A stretch of DNA of 64,000 nucleotides from Mytilus trossulus (lineage: Eukaryota), in NCBI RefSeq assembly GCF_036588685.1, contig NC_086383.1, positions 16,182,001-16,246,000 on the forward strand. The letters are read 5' to 3'. The notes beneath the pieces are model-generated. The model did no database searches, was not told the DNA's origin, and saw only the letters and a list, made by a program, of their open reading frames with translations. Position numbers and translations under genes: made by a program. Positions within the stretch are counted from its first letter, which is position 1; the number at the start of each line of letters is the position of its first letter. Shown here piece after piece: positions 12,479 to 26,127 of the stretch.

Positions 12479-15400
12479 AAGTCTTATTTTCGGCTGACTC
12501 TTAACTGATGAGTATTTACGGCTAAAATGACGTAATTGTATTTTCCATATCAAACTCCGCGGCCTTTTTAGTCGACATCTAGGGTACACGTGTATTCTTC
12601 ACTTACTGATGTAGGGAAAGAAAAATGTTCAGTAACGAAATCAACAAATGGACGGAGTTTTACTGTACATACCTTCCTCTTTTTTTTAAATCTAATAAAT
12701 GTATTATGTCTAGTACTAGTATTCCTCCGTAGAATGTATTATTCATATCCTTGTCATTTGATCTCTGATAGATATCTGTTTTAATGACAATTGTGTCGCA
12801 TCTCTATGTTTTTTCATTGACGTTTTAAAACAATAATAAAAAATCATTCCAAGATCTATAAATTGTCGTCAAAAATCTGAATACTACATATGTATCCCTC
12901 CTTATAAGTGGCAGTTTATTTCAGTAATACTTTCCACCTGTCTAGTTGTTCGTCTGTCCGTTTGTCCAAATGTGTTATGCCACATTGTTTTCAGCACCAA
13001 CCAAACAGAATGACTTCATATTCTGTCTTAAGCTTTACACTGTTGATCGTAATATGTAAACAATTTATGGATCTGCTAGACTCCTAGTTACTGTTTAAGG
13101 TGGTACCCAACAATTCCACTAAAATTAGTTTGGTTCGTTTAATTTTCAAAATTATTTTACAAAATATTTACTTTGACCCTTAAACAAAAATATAAAAAAA
13201 ATTGAACCAACTGTTTTGTCAGAACAATAACACTGGTTATATAGCAGTTTGACAAACATCAATTTTGTTTATAATTACAACGATCAACGTACTTTTCAGC
13301 ATCATTCAATTTAAAACCATCATTTGATTCTTTATGGTTTTTCATCCAGCATCAATGCAAAGAAAACTAGATAATATGTTCTTCTACAAATGTCTGTACC
13401 AAACCAGAGTATGACAGTATTTTTTTTCTCATTCGTTCCGTTGGTTGATAAAATTTGACTTTGTCTGTTTTCATGGACTCTCTACTTTCTTATAATCATT
13501 GGAGTTCGGTACTTCTTTTTGACTTGTAAACCTTTAAACTACACACAAAAAAAACCAGTATAATCGTTATACACAACAATTTCGGAGTTTCAGTTTCATT
13601 CAATTCCGAAAACATCCCTGTTAGCCTACCATCTTAATGTGTTGGTGTATGCCACAATGCACATTTAGAAAAAAATAAAGCTAATTTTGTTCAATAATGA
13701 AATATTGAAAAATGGTAATACCCGATAAGTTCAACTACCTGTATTTTGACATTCAAACCATTACGCAGATTATATTTACCTCAAACATATGTTTGGTATA
13801 ATTTGACGCCTGTTTTTCTTCGCCTCCAACACATAATTGCAAATATCTAATTTTTTTAAACGTGACTTTTTAAATCTCAAGAAATTTATTGTATCAGGTA
13901 TTCTCTCGTAGAGTTTATTATTTATATCCTTGTCATTTGATCTCTGATAGACATCTGTCTTAATGACAATTATATTAACTTATGAAATCAAAACAAATTA
14001 AATCCTATCCAAGATCTATAGTGCAGCTGATTCGTTCATATTTTCAGAAGAATTGTGTCGGTTTGATGCTACAAGCATGTAACTTTACACAATTGCAGAT
14101 ATATGGTTGCCGTCATTTTCAGCTATATACCCACTCTGAAATGTACAATATGGCGGCAATTTTCAAGATGTCTTCTATTCAGTCAAATTTTTGCACCGAT
14201 GTATAATTTAAAGCAAACACAATTCAAATCAATTCTTTTAAAAAACATTAAAGATATAATTCAACGGCTCTAGTTAGTCATGACGTTATATTAGACTTTT
14301 AATTTGTTCACCAAAATGGCGGAAAATTTCAACATGGCCACCACAAAATAACAAAACTTATACAAGGCTTTGCATATAATACTTCTATTGAATTGCATTT
14401 TGCAGTTCATACAATATTCTAGGGATTAAGTTACATGTAATTTGTTTGCTAGACTATTTTAATACAGATCCCATACATGTTTTTAGGACGCTATCAGGAT
14501 TTGTTTGACCATTAATTACCATCTGAGTCATAAATGATGATATATATATTCCACTTCTTATTGCCAAACTCATTTTCCCTTCCTCGATTATAGTAACATC
14601 AACATGACTACTAAAAAATACTAATCATCGAATTTCCACGTTCAATCAGAAACATTACGAATGCTATCAGTTGACATGAAACTGCACACCCTTTCGAATC
14701 ACCTGCGTTGACTTCTAGTTGTGAAGAAAATGAATTCGTGTTGTTTATGCTTTCAATGCTGTGTTATTTACTCTTTATTTTTCAATGTCTTTGTTGTAAA
14801 CCAGTGAAAGTCTAGTTTATCCAACGTACAGATGTAGGAAACCTTTTTTCGTTTTAAACTTATACATTCGGTCAAGTTTCATATAATTTACATGTACCAA
14901 TGGCTTTACATGTTTTTAATTTGGTGATTTGGTTAGAAAAGAGAAATTTATAAATCGACTGTTAAATGCTTGTTGCAAAGTACCACCCGAATATGAGTCA
15001 TCATTTTATCTCAACAAGAGCACACATGCAGGTGTAACTTGTTGTACAGGACCCTTCTTGGGCAACTGAAATCATCCCCTGATTTTATCTGTTCAGTTTT
15101 TAGATTTTTCCGGAGTTATGTCTTGCCTGCAGTCTTTTGCGTTTTATACCAATCATCTAGTTTTGTTTTACTTATGATTTGTTGTGTGCCTAAGGATCTT
15201 CTCTATCTTTTTTATTATATAAACAATGACATGTTATCAAATTGAATGCAGTTTTCAAACTATATTTTTATGGTAGCCCAGTCTGATTTTTAATACCACC
15301 CTACATAACATCATCGTCCTCGCCCATTATAATGTTTCTACCGTGACTTCCGTTTTATATTTTTAAAACCAAATTTCATTAGCTCATTAATAAATGGTGA

Positions 15401-16321
15401 TACTTTTTTTAAATAAATGCCTAATAGGGCATACCCCATCTACGTTTAAACAGATGTTAAAGTCAAAATAGCACTCTAGGTTAAAGGCCGAAACATTCCT
15501 CCAGCTAAATCTTTCAAATTCTTGAGAATGTTATATGTTTGCTTTTAAGCCATTACCGATATAGAACATCATTTGGTTTACCTCATCACGTTATATTATT
15601 TCAAAGGTGTATTCAAACTTGTTAACGAATATTTCTATTTCTAGACAAACCATCATTAGGTTACTGCTGTAGTTGTGTGATTTTGATGATCAATCTGATT
15701 GCCCAAACTTTTTCTTGTACAAACGTGTTATTCTTTTCATGGGTTTGATCATGTTGATCTTAATTTGACAACTTTATTTATAATGTTACAAACTGGATGT
15801 TGATACTTGGACTCCTAATTCCCCTCTTCTTAACCAATCATATGAACTTCGTACTTTATTTGGCCTTTTTAACTTTTTTTATTTGAGTGTCATTGATGAG
15901 GGTTTGTAGACTCAACGGGCGTCTGCCGTACACTATTTTTATCCTAGTATTTATGATAAGTTTATTAACATACTTCTTACCAGGGTTTCGTATTCAGTAA
16001 AAACATATGTCAGAATCTATGAACACCTAACGTTACCTCATGGTAAGGTCTTGTTAATGATACAAGAGAGCCTCGCAATAAAATCTGCTTTTCATGAAGT
16101 TATGTGCTTTCTTTATTAAACGCTTGTTGACCCCTGTTTTCTAATCATTCCCTAAAAGTTCTCAACGAAGCAGTTTCTATATGAAGACCTACATATCAGA
16201 TATCCTGCAACAATTGGTGTCTTCTCTTTTGTCGAGTGGTTGTCTTTTTGACGAATTTTACACTTCCATTCGCAATCTAATTTAATCTGCCATGTGTTTT
16301 TTTGCCCAGTTCCACTGTGCC

Positions 16322-16558
16322 AATTTTTATAAAAGCACAAACGATTGACCACAAGTGATAATGACTACAAGTCTCGGAATATATTGGCACATTGTTTAAT
16401 TATATTCATTGAATGCCATATTTGATGCCTCCCTAAAACAATTTTTGCAAAGGCACATACGATTGACCACAAGTGATAATGACTACAAGTCTCGGAATAT
16501 ATTTACACATTGTTTAGTTATATTCATTGAATGTCCTATTTAATGCCTACCTAAAACA
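16322..16558. repeat. Local tandem duplication, 2 x ~118 bp
   Basis: cgattgaccacaagtgataatgactacaagtctcggaatatatt is repeated at 118-bp spacing. Confidence 0.9.
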
Positions 16559-17645
16559 TTGGTCAATGCAGAATGATATATAAAGTCGGTTGACCATACA
16601 AGGTAATATTTGAATTTACATTTGAAGGCTTGACTATTTTATATTTAACTTTGAAAGGTACATCAATTATTTCATAATCTCAATCCAAGTTTCTAAAAAC
16701 TGGATGTATAGTGCATATATTTTTTTATTTGAGATTTTGAGAAAGCGTCACAACATGCAGTTAATGTAGAAAAATTAGAAAAATGACATTTTCAGGACCA
16801 GTTTATTTCCGTATTTTCGATTAAAAAAAAAGTGCCACATTGAGCATCTTTTCCGCAATGTCAAGCAATGCTTGAATAAATATATAGTCATTCCTGTAGG
16901 CTATTTATTTTTCCCATATTGTCACTTACCACAGCTTCAGAATGAACCCATTCTTATTAATTTTCAGCCTCAATTATGTAAAACAAGCACGGTGACGTAT
17001 GTTTTTTTTTGTATTTTTTTTATAACTCGCCAAGGCCTACCACATATTTCAAAATCCTAAAAATGACATTATATCGAGAAACTGTAGTGGATGGCCTTAA
17101 AAAGGAACAGACAAAGTTGTCATTAATATTGAAACAAAAGATGATAAGAATACGTTCCATTAAATGGCCAGGGTGGTGTTTCAGGTTCAGTCTTGTTTAA
17201 TACCAATGAAGCTGGGAATGAATTTAAGATCACAAGCAAATTGCGTTTGCTGCCAGAGACATGTGTTACATATACTCTTTTCAGATGTATACAAAATGAA
17301 AAAAACAAAATAACGAGGAGAATCTTCAAATCAAAAAGATGCTCATGGAAAAAGCACCAGTTGTGGTGCATCAGAAACATCAGAATTTGCTTAGGGATTT
17401 TTAAGGCTTCTCTCAAGGCATTTTGTTAAATTTAAAATTGAAAACCATTTGACTACTGCAGGTGGACAAGTCATTCCTTTATGGATCTATCCCCGTTAAA
17501 TTCTGTGTTTTGTAGATGTCTTCAACATAATATTATATGCACCTGTCGTCGTTGACTCCAAGCCACATCTTTTTTTTTTATATTTGAACTGTTTCATCGG
17601 GGAATTTATTTCGAAATTGTATGGTGCCATTTATCAAATGCCTGT

Positions 17646-18046
17646 TTTCTCCATGGGTGACTTTGGAATAGAAGTATGGTCACTGAGTTTTCTTACGACC
17701 AGCAGTAGCATGCTTGTCAAAATGAGGCGTCGATTTTGGCTTTGTGGGAAGTTTATAAGCACGCCCGGTCAGAATGGGGACGTTAATTTGATGCCTTGTG
17801 CATTGAGAGTGCCAGCTCTTTGCACGTTAAGAACTCTGCCACATCTCTTCGAGGGGTCGGTAGGTTGCATGTTGCAAAGCAAAATTCTGTCCAAATTCAA
17901 TATATCCGAAATTTCCAGTGGCAGTCCAAATTTCCCCGACCATCATATAAGATACGACACCTGTTATATTGAGATTTCGTCCTGAATATTCATAACATAT
18001 TTGCAACTGGATGTAAGCAATCAACAATCAATCAATCAATAAATAA
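17646..18046 (+). mobile_element. Second, more diverged copy of the ~400-bp SINE, with 13-bp TSD
   Basis: TSD atcaaatgcctgt at 17633-17645 and 18047-18059; (AATC)n tail; same 5' start as the 11400 copy. Confidence 0.8.
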
Positions 18047-18683
18047 ATCAAATGCCTGTCGGACAAAAAATTATATCTGGTAAGGATTTTTCAAAATCTG
18101 GAAATGGTAAAAATAATAACCGATCAAATAACTGAATGTGCAATCTAGATAAGCACACACGAGGAAGCCGACAGAAGATTCGTTTTACATATTCTACAGA
18201 TACATGCAGACGAACAATTTAAATCAAAGCGCGAAAGCGCTGTAAAGGCAGTTAATTACAGGTTGTGTGTATTTCTAGTCCAGTTATATCATTATCTTCC
18301 ATAGAACAGAGGTGGTTTGTAGAATTTAAGATTTAGAGTTCTTTTGTACCTAGTTCACCTATATCTACAGTCTACTGTTTACAGTATATTTTCTGTGCCT
18401 CGCCATGAAATGCATTTTTAGCCATGGCCTTGTCAGTTTGCTTTAAATTTATGAGTTTGACTGTCCCTTTTGGTGTCTTTTTCCCTCTTCTTTAGACATA
18501 TAAGAACTTTTCCTTTTCAATATAAATAGACTATTTTTAATTATTGATTGTATACGCATATTCTATGACTCCCATAAAAAATATTTCACAAAGATTGACT
18601 AGTCTCTGTACTGTGTGTATAGCAAGAACATCAAGTAACATAATGGTAAATGTACATAGTAACATGTCAACTTTTTTTATGAC

Positions 18684-19831
18684 CATACCTGCCAACTGTC
18701 AGTATTTGCAGAGTATTTCCCCCATCGAGCTCGAGGCTCCCAAATGGAAATTTTGTAAGAGCAATTTTGTCGACTATTTAAAGAAAACAATTATATCAAT
18801 AATGGCTATGAGCTTGTTAATGCATGAAGAAGCCAAAACAAGCCAAAAACCACATTAGAATATATTTGAAGGGAATCCATGACAAATCGCCCCATTAGCA
18901 AATAGCCCCACTTTTTCACTAACTCGCCCCACTTTTTAAAAAAACCTGCCCCAACCTGAATTACCAAATCGCCCCACTTGTGAACTGTGTTAAATCCCGT
19001 TAATATTACTCCTGCCAACTCGCCCCACCTAATAGAAAACGATAATATCTAGATAAATATATTATTAACCAGGAAGAATTTAGTAATGCCAACTCGCCCC
19101 ACTTGTGTAAAAAGATGTTATCCCGTTGTATATAAGTTAAATTCTATTTATATTACTCCTGCCAACTGGTCCCACCTAATGGAAATCAGTAAAATCTAGA
19201 TAAATATATTATTAACCAGGATGAATTTAGTAATGCCAACTCGCCCTACTTATGGTAAAAGATGTTATCCCATTGAATATAAGTTCAATTCCTTATATTG
19301 CATTATGATACAATTAACAGGTTTCTTTTCAATTGTTATGCAAATAACTAAGCTTCAAAACTTACAGTTATTCTTCAACGATCATTTTTTTTTTAGAATT
19401 ATAATTTCAGTATATATCAATAATAGTAATTAAATTAATTTTCGGTTTGTTTGTATTCTGTGTAGATTAGTTTTCATTAAAGTGGTGCGAGTTTTTATTT
19501 TTAATTATATATATATATATTAATCTAAATATTACCGTTTTTTTATAAGTAGGGCGAGTTGGCAGGAGTAATATTAATTTAAACATGATTTAACCAATTT
19601 CACATGTGGGGCGAGTTGGCAGGAGTAATATTAAACATGATTTAACCTATTTCACATGTGGGGCGATTTGATAAATCAGTTTGTGGCGTTTTTTTAAAAA
19701 GTGGGGCGATTAGCCAGTGGGGCGACTTGTCCTGCTTTCATTTGAAGGCCCCCTTGAAGGTTTTGTATGACTATATGAACCATTTTTCACGTAAAACCCC
19801 CCATGTGCATTTTGAAAAGTTGGCAGATTTG
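18684..19831. mobile_element. hAT-like MITE (TIR catacctgccaact) interrupted by a MULE-like insertion
   Basis: Left TIR at 18684, right TIR agttggcagatttg at 19818-19831; uninterrupted relative at 30557-30822. Confidence 0.65.
18873..19739. mobile_element. Non-autonomous Mutator(MULE)-like foldback element with 9-bp TSD
   Basis: Perfect TSD atttgaagg at 18864-18872 and 19740-19748; long imperfect TIRs built from tcgccccac motifs; internal ~147-bp tandem duplication. Confidence 0.85.
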
Positions 19832-22214
19832 TTTCTAACTCCAGACAAAATCTACCGGTATGCATGAAAAAGAAGTTTTCAATTAAGGCTCTGTGGCCAT
19901 AACAGCTGTCTCATTAGCATTTTAACCACTTCCCATATTTGCAATTAAAACAATAGAAGAAAATTATTCAACGCAAAAACAAAACTTACTTGTAAATATG
20001 AAATTCTCTTTACGGTATGAGTTTTTCTCATGAGATTGTACAGTAGTACCTGTAACTGCTTATACCTATTTCTTATTCACTTTTGCTTGATAAACTCACT
20101 AAATATCATATACATTGTACCGCATCTCCTTATTTTTATATGCATTCCAATGACATGAACAATTGTAATTTAATTCTATATACCAAAGCAAAATGAACTG
20201 CACCACTTTCATTCACTAGTATGCATCTTTTGGCGAAATACAAGTTCTTAAATGACACAATATATATTTATTGATAAAAAAAATTAAATTTAGTATACAA
20301 CTCTTTAACAGGTATAAAAAAAAAGCACAGCTGTGTCATAACTTGTGAAATCTGTGCTGAAAACATAGACATTGATGGTATTTGAGTAATTCCATATGTG
20401 AAGCTCAACATTAACTCGTCAGTTGGTGGTGGACAGTTATAGTTCCTTTCTGCAGGCTAGGATGAATGACTTTTCAGGAAAACCAATTTCACAAATCAAA
20501 ACTTTCCTCTAGATTTCTCCTACAATATTCATCCAGTTTAGTTCTTTTGTTTTAATTGGACACCGTCCTGATTTTTAATTTTGCAAACCATTCAGTCTCT
20601 TGCTTGCAAATGGTGCATGAAAATAGGATGGGTATGGCAGTAGACAAGTCTCTTTAAAGTGGGTTTGTGCCCTGAAAAAAAGTTTTTTTTAAAACTTGTG
20701 CAACACACATACCTAAATAACTATAACATAGAAGAGAGCATCATTCGTGTCAATGTTTTGTTCCTGTTTACATTGTCATTGATATTTTTTCAGAAAGCCT
20801 GAGGCATAGCTCATGAATTCCTGTCATTACATCCTAAATTAACATAATTACTGCTAGAATAATTATCAGTATGATATACGTACACTATCATTGTACAGCC
20901 CAAGTCTTCAGTATATATCGAGGTATATATAATTGTTGCATTCATTTACTCCTGTGTTCAGTCGTTCAAAAATATTTAAACATCAACAAATGAACTTTAA
21001 TAAGGACAAGAAAACACTAGAAAAGATACGTACATACAACCCGTGTTTAAGTGTATTTGAAAGAGAAATATATCTGGTTAAACGATGTATAAAGGAGAAA
21101 TATATCTGGTTAAACGATGTATGACATGTATAAAGGAGGAAAAAATTGTAGATATTGCATTACGATGCTTTCTACCTAATAGCACGTGGATATGTTTACA
21201 TATTTAGACTTGACCCAGTATGACCCGTACCTTGTAGGTCACCGCCGTCGTTTAAACACTAGACTACAGTCGTGTATACGACAATAAAAAGCTTACGCCT
21301 GTACTATTTGTGTGAAGTAAATGTGTTTGTTCTGTACATTTAAATTGTTTTACCTAATAGCAAGAACGTATATCTATCCGTTTCCTTCTCATTTCACTTT
21401 GTCAGATTCTTCGAGCTTCTTCAAAACATACGTATTACTGCGCCCGGAAGTGAAAAAAATATGAGAAATCCTCGTAAAATAATGCTATTTTCAATTTTGT
21501 GGAATCCATTTTGTTATATTTATTATACAAAGATAAAAAAAGTTACGATTAATTATGAATTTGCATATCATTATACGGAACGTTTATGGACTAATTTTCC
21601 ATAGCTGTACAAGTCGGTCATTTTGGCGGGAAATCATGTACACATACACACGTAGATTGGCTGGTACCCGATCGTAATGTTACACATCACATATATCAAA
21701 TAGCTAATACCCGGAACGTAGTACCGGGAACCAGGATAATACGTAGACAACATACATAACTAATACCGAAATTGAAAACGCTTTACGGTTTCTCGTTCAT
21801 AAACCGAATTCCGCTTTGAATTATAGAAGATGCAATATTAATCATGTTCAGTCGACTTTTCATTGTTATATCAACGTCTGAACTAATTAAAGAATCTTTA
21901 GATGTCAGATAACACTCGAAATTGACCCGACCTCTTTCCACACGGAATATACAAATAATGATAGTTTGTAGTCAGGTTGACTGCTTATAATGCAAAATAC
22001 ACACTAATAACAAGTTCAATAAAACGAACAATACACACTGGTCGATTCTTTAGTCCCCACTGTAAATAAAAGAAACAAAAACCATAACATACCATAAAAA
22101 GAAGAGGAGAAATTCGAACATTTCCGGATCTATTTCTGATCAAAAGACTCCCTGCATAGATTGCGTATGAAAAGATGAACCTCATGACTTAAAAGTCAGG
22201 CCTTTAAGCACTGC

Positions 22215-22410
22215 CTTTAAAAATGTAATGTTTAGAGGGAGAACGATTGTCAAATGTTCTGACACTGATGTTGTAGTTCTCTCTGACTATTCATTTTCCT
22301 CCAAAGCTTAATACAGATCACCTATGGCTATTTAAGGTTTTTGTCACTAGTGGTTAGGTTGGTACACCACACATCCCCGTACATGGGCTATGTTGTTCCC
22401 TTTCAAATAT
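22215..22410 (+). pseudogene. Degenerate XPG/PIN-like nuclease fragment, probably from an Academ-type transposon
   Basis: RGRTIVKCSDTDVVVL ... DHLWL ... HIPVHGLCCSL resembles the 'IV.S.DTDV.VL...LW...G...RYIPVH.I' motif; contains stops and frameshifts. Confidence 0.4.
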
Positions 22411-22964
22411 TTTTATCTGGGTAGAATACGGTTAGATTACTGGGATAGCAGCTACAATAAAGGGGTTCATTTTGTTATATGGGAAATTATTTAAAGAAGC
22501 TTAACATAGACAGTGAAATATACGATGCGTCTATCACGAGTCAAAATATGGACTATATCACACAACCAACCTCCAGATCTGTCCTACAAATTAACCCTGA
22601 CAAAATGATGGTACTCTTCAAAGCAACTTCCAACGAATTAACACTACCGTGTTGTGTGTTTCAGCAGTCCCAAGTCCTGCAAGATGTTTGGTAGGGAAAT
22701 AGCCAAGTTATCTTGGTGTGATCAATGACGGTTATGTATATGCAGATGAATTCAATCATGCGAAAATGTAAGTTTAAATCTACAAAAAAAGTATTCTACA
22801 ATTTCATATCAAATAAGTAAGCAATAATTTATATCTGTAAAGCGTGTTAAGAAGATCTAAAAAGGTAAACAAATGCAATGCAAGGACCATAAATATATGG
22901 TGTGTGCGTGAATGTCTTCCTGGAATGGCTTCATTTTTAAAAACTATTCCTCGAATGAAAATAA

Positions 22965-23700
22965 AAGTCTGTTATTTAAACTTAGCTGTATTTTGTAAAA
23001 ACCTTTTTGGAGATTTTGGTACTCACTGCTCTTAAATCTCATATTGTTTTGGCCTTTTTAATTTCTGTGTTATTCGAGCGTCACTGATGGGTCTTTTGTA
23101 GACGAAATGCGCCTCTGGCATTAATACAATACTTCAATCCTGTCATCTATGATGGGTCTATTTACAATTACTGGATCAATGCAAAATGTTTGTGGAGTTT
23201 TAATTCCTTTATAAAATAACGACCCCAGAAGTCAGCACTTCTGTGTTGACATGAATAATCATTGATATGATCATAATTTAAAGAGAACTGTTAACAAATT
23301 TCAATTATTTTTAAATACTACGGCTTTTCTACTTCAGGAAAAGATCACCTAACTGTATTTTGCAAAACTCTTAGGAATATTTGGTCTTCAATGCTCTACA
23401 ACTTCGTATTTTATAAGTAAACTCATCATAGATACTAGGACTAAATTTAGTATATACGCCAGACTCGCGTTTCGTCTACAAAAGACTTTTCAGTGACGCT
23501 CGAATCCAAAAGAGTTAAACAGGTTAAAAAAAAAAGAACAAAGTTGAAGAGCATTGAGGACCAAAATTCCTAAAAATTTTGCCAAAGTCCATTTTGATTT
23601 TATTTTTATTCGAGAGTCACTGCTGAGTCTTTTGAACACGATACGCACGTTTGGCGTAGATACAAAATGTCAATCCTTGTATCATAGATGATGAGTTTAT
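22965..23700 (+). mobile_element. Tandem retrozyme-like array (~366-nt period) interrupted by an inverted partial copy; three hammerhead-like motifs
   Basis: Repeat period from 22981 to 23348; HHR-like motifs at 23078-23120 (+), 23456-23501 (-) and 23612-23657 (+), all with core or stem mutations. Confidence 0.75.
23456..23501 (-). ncRNA. Type I hammerhead ribozyme motif (G8->A variant, probably inactive)
   Basis: GCGUCA-CUGAAAA-GUC-UUUUGUA-GAC-GAAA-CGCGAG-UC-UGGCGU. Confidence 0.55.
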
Positions 23701-25734
23701 GAAAACAGATAAATTCTTTCATATGCTTATACGGAGATATGAATAGGAGCTAAAGGTTGCTTTTTATCATTCCTTTTAAAGATATTTACATCTTTTACAT
23801 AACAAAGTCTTTTTGAACTATACGTTCTCAATATCCTTGAACCTAAAATAAAATTTGTTTTAATCAAAAATGTAAAGATAAGAAGATTTGGGTATAATTG
23901 CAATGTCATCCACCAGAGGTCAACTGCCATGCAAGTTATCCGATATAAAACAACCTCAACATCGTATGAGTGGCTCGAAAAGGCTCATTTATGAGGTACA
24001 ATTGAAACAGCCTAATCAGTGGTCCGAGTATTGACAAAATAATAAATACGACAAACAGCAACCAACGACAACTAAAGATTGACAGGCTAAATAATAAAAA
24101 AAATCTATGGATGTAAGAGGACGACCATTTGATTTTCGGCGTGCACGCAAGGTTTTGAAAGTAAATGTCTTTGCCTGGTAAACGCGGACTACCCATCTTT
24201 TGAAAACCACAATGGGTATTTAGGTGCACGACCAGATTTTTGTTTGCAATGGTGTTGTTTATTTACGCCTAAACATAGTGGCACATCTCTTTTTTAATCC
24301 TGTGGCATAGTTATGATGAGATGATTTGCTTCTTTTGCATGACTGTTGTACTGATTTCATTTTGTACAAAAGATGGTTCATTTAGCTAGAATATCAACAA
24401 AACAAAAATTAATGCTGACCGTAATGTTTACTTTAGTTAAACAATCTTTAAAAGTTAATAGAAACAAATAATGTAACAGTTTTTGGCTACACCACGAAGT
24501 ATTTAATCATAAAAACACCATTTGCATACATTTTAATGTATCTATTACATAATTAAGTAGAACAACTAACAATAAAGTCAACGACATGAGTGTTTATTCA
24601 GTTGGAATTAAAATAAAAGGCATAATCTCCGATTTAAAAAAAAATTACCACGGACGGAGGACATATAAATTTATTCATTTCTTAGTTTTCGTTTCTCCGC
24701 TTCAATTATGTGAATCAAGAAAAAAATCCGAACAATGGGTAACAATTGCATCGAAAAGAGAAAATCGAGTGATCCTTTCTGTATTAGGGCGTGTTTGAGT
24801 TGAACTAGTCTGCCCTATAACGAAATATTTAATTAGAATGTATTTAAATGTTTATGAATTTTGGAAAATTCCATCTGACAACCGATCAGACAATAGTTTT
24901 AAACTAGTTGAATGCAGACAATACATTAACCGATGCTCATTATTTCAACTTGATTCAAGCCAACGTGGTCACTTTTGTATTCTCCAGTTAAAACTTTGCA
25001 AAAATGCATGCGATATCCCTGTCCATGGATTCTTCATCTAGCATCTGCACTAAACAAGTTTTTTCATCTATTCTATTATCTGCTGGTTAACAGTGCTCTC
25101 AATGATCGGGAGTGGAAGCATTCAATAGTTTATTCCACCACGGGGACAATTCCTCCAAAACAATGTTTATTTTACCATTTTCAATTTTGTTTTAGCCAAT
25201 TTATCTTCCTTTTGCCAAATGATCCTGATTTCAATTTGATTGGCCGTCTCATTTTCAAATAGGACATTTTAACAACCTATAACATTAATTCCACATGTCA
25301 TTCTTTACTTTTCTTTAATAAATTATCACTAAATTGGAATGAATTTTAATAACTGACCCTTTAATTTGAATATTGGTGTGCTAATTTATATATTTATCCA
25401 AAATATAGTAGCTGAGCTTGCCACCATTATCATTTTATCTCTTTTATAACACTATTAGTATACCAATTTGCTAAGTGAATGAAATAAGATACTTTGCCTA
25501 ATGTTGCAACAAGAGTTTATTATACAAAATCTGATTTAACTTCAGTTCCATAAAATGCAGTAAATGCATTTAGTAGAAAATAATAAATTAAATTAATGTT
25601 TTGCAACATGAAACACAGGCAATGATTGTTTACAAAATTGAAAATATAATGAACGTGTATAGCTACAGATGGAAGTGAATAGTTAATTTGATAAAGAAGA
25701 AAACATCTCTCATCTCCGAGCATATAATACGGTC

Positions 25735-25850
25735 TTCCATATTCCTATCGAAGATCGGATGTTCTTTCAAGGCACTCCGGCTTCCTCTACTTATAACAAC
25801 TGATCCCACCAACTACCAAAATAGTGTGCTAAACCATAAATCAATCATAG
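25735..25850 (+). mobile_element. 3' fragment of a V-domain-like SINE
   Basis: ggcactccggcttcctc motif and a ...aaaccataaatcaatca tail; related reverse-strand fragment at ~55080-55230. Confidence 0.45.
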
Positions 25851-26127
25851 TTAATTACACTGAATATGTTTTGTAACCACGAAGATGTGATATCCCTTTT
25901 GGTATAAGGTTTCACTAGAGACAAATAACCTTCCAAACAAAAATATGTATATTCATGATTTTTTTTTTGATTTTTCGAACGAACACAGAACGAATACTTT
26001 ATTAATATTCATATAATTGTATTGGCTTTTAAAGCAGTATCACAGACATATCTGACAATGGATGTAAAATTGGTTCACTTGTTGTGAAGTTCTATACAGT
26101 AAATAATACTTACTTATCCTGTTTAGG

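Noticed and set aside
17193-17470. Purine-rich, exon-like stretch
   Set aside because: Stops in the plausible frames, no consistent splice pair and no recognisable domain.
17584-17985. 133-aa ORF
   Set aside because: Lies almost entirely within a SINE copy, and the other copy does not conserve the frame.
24955-25265. Minus-strand coding-like stretch (…ENGKINIVLEELSPWWNKLL…NRIDEKTCLVQMLDEESM…), faintly SAM-like
   Set aside because: Multiple stops and a frameshift; family not recognisable with confidence.
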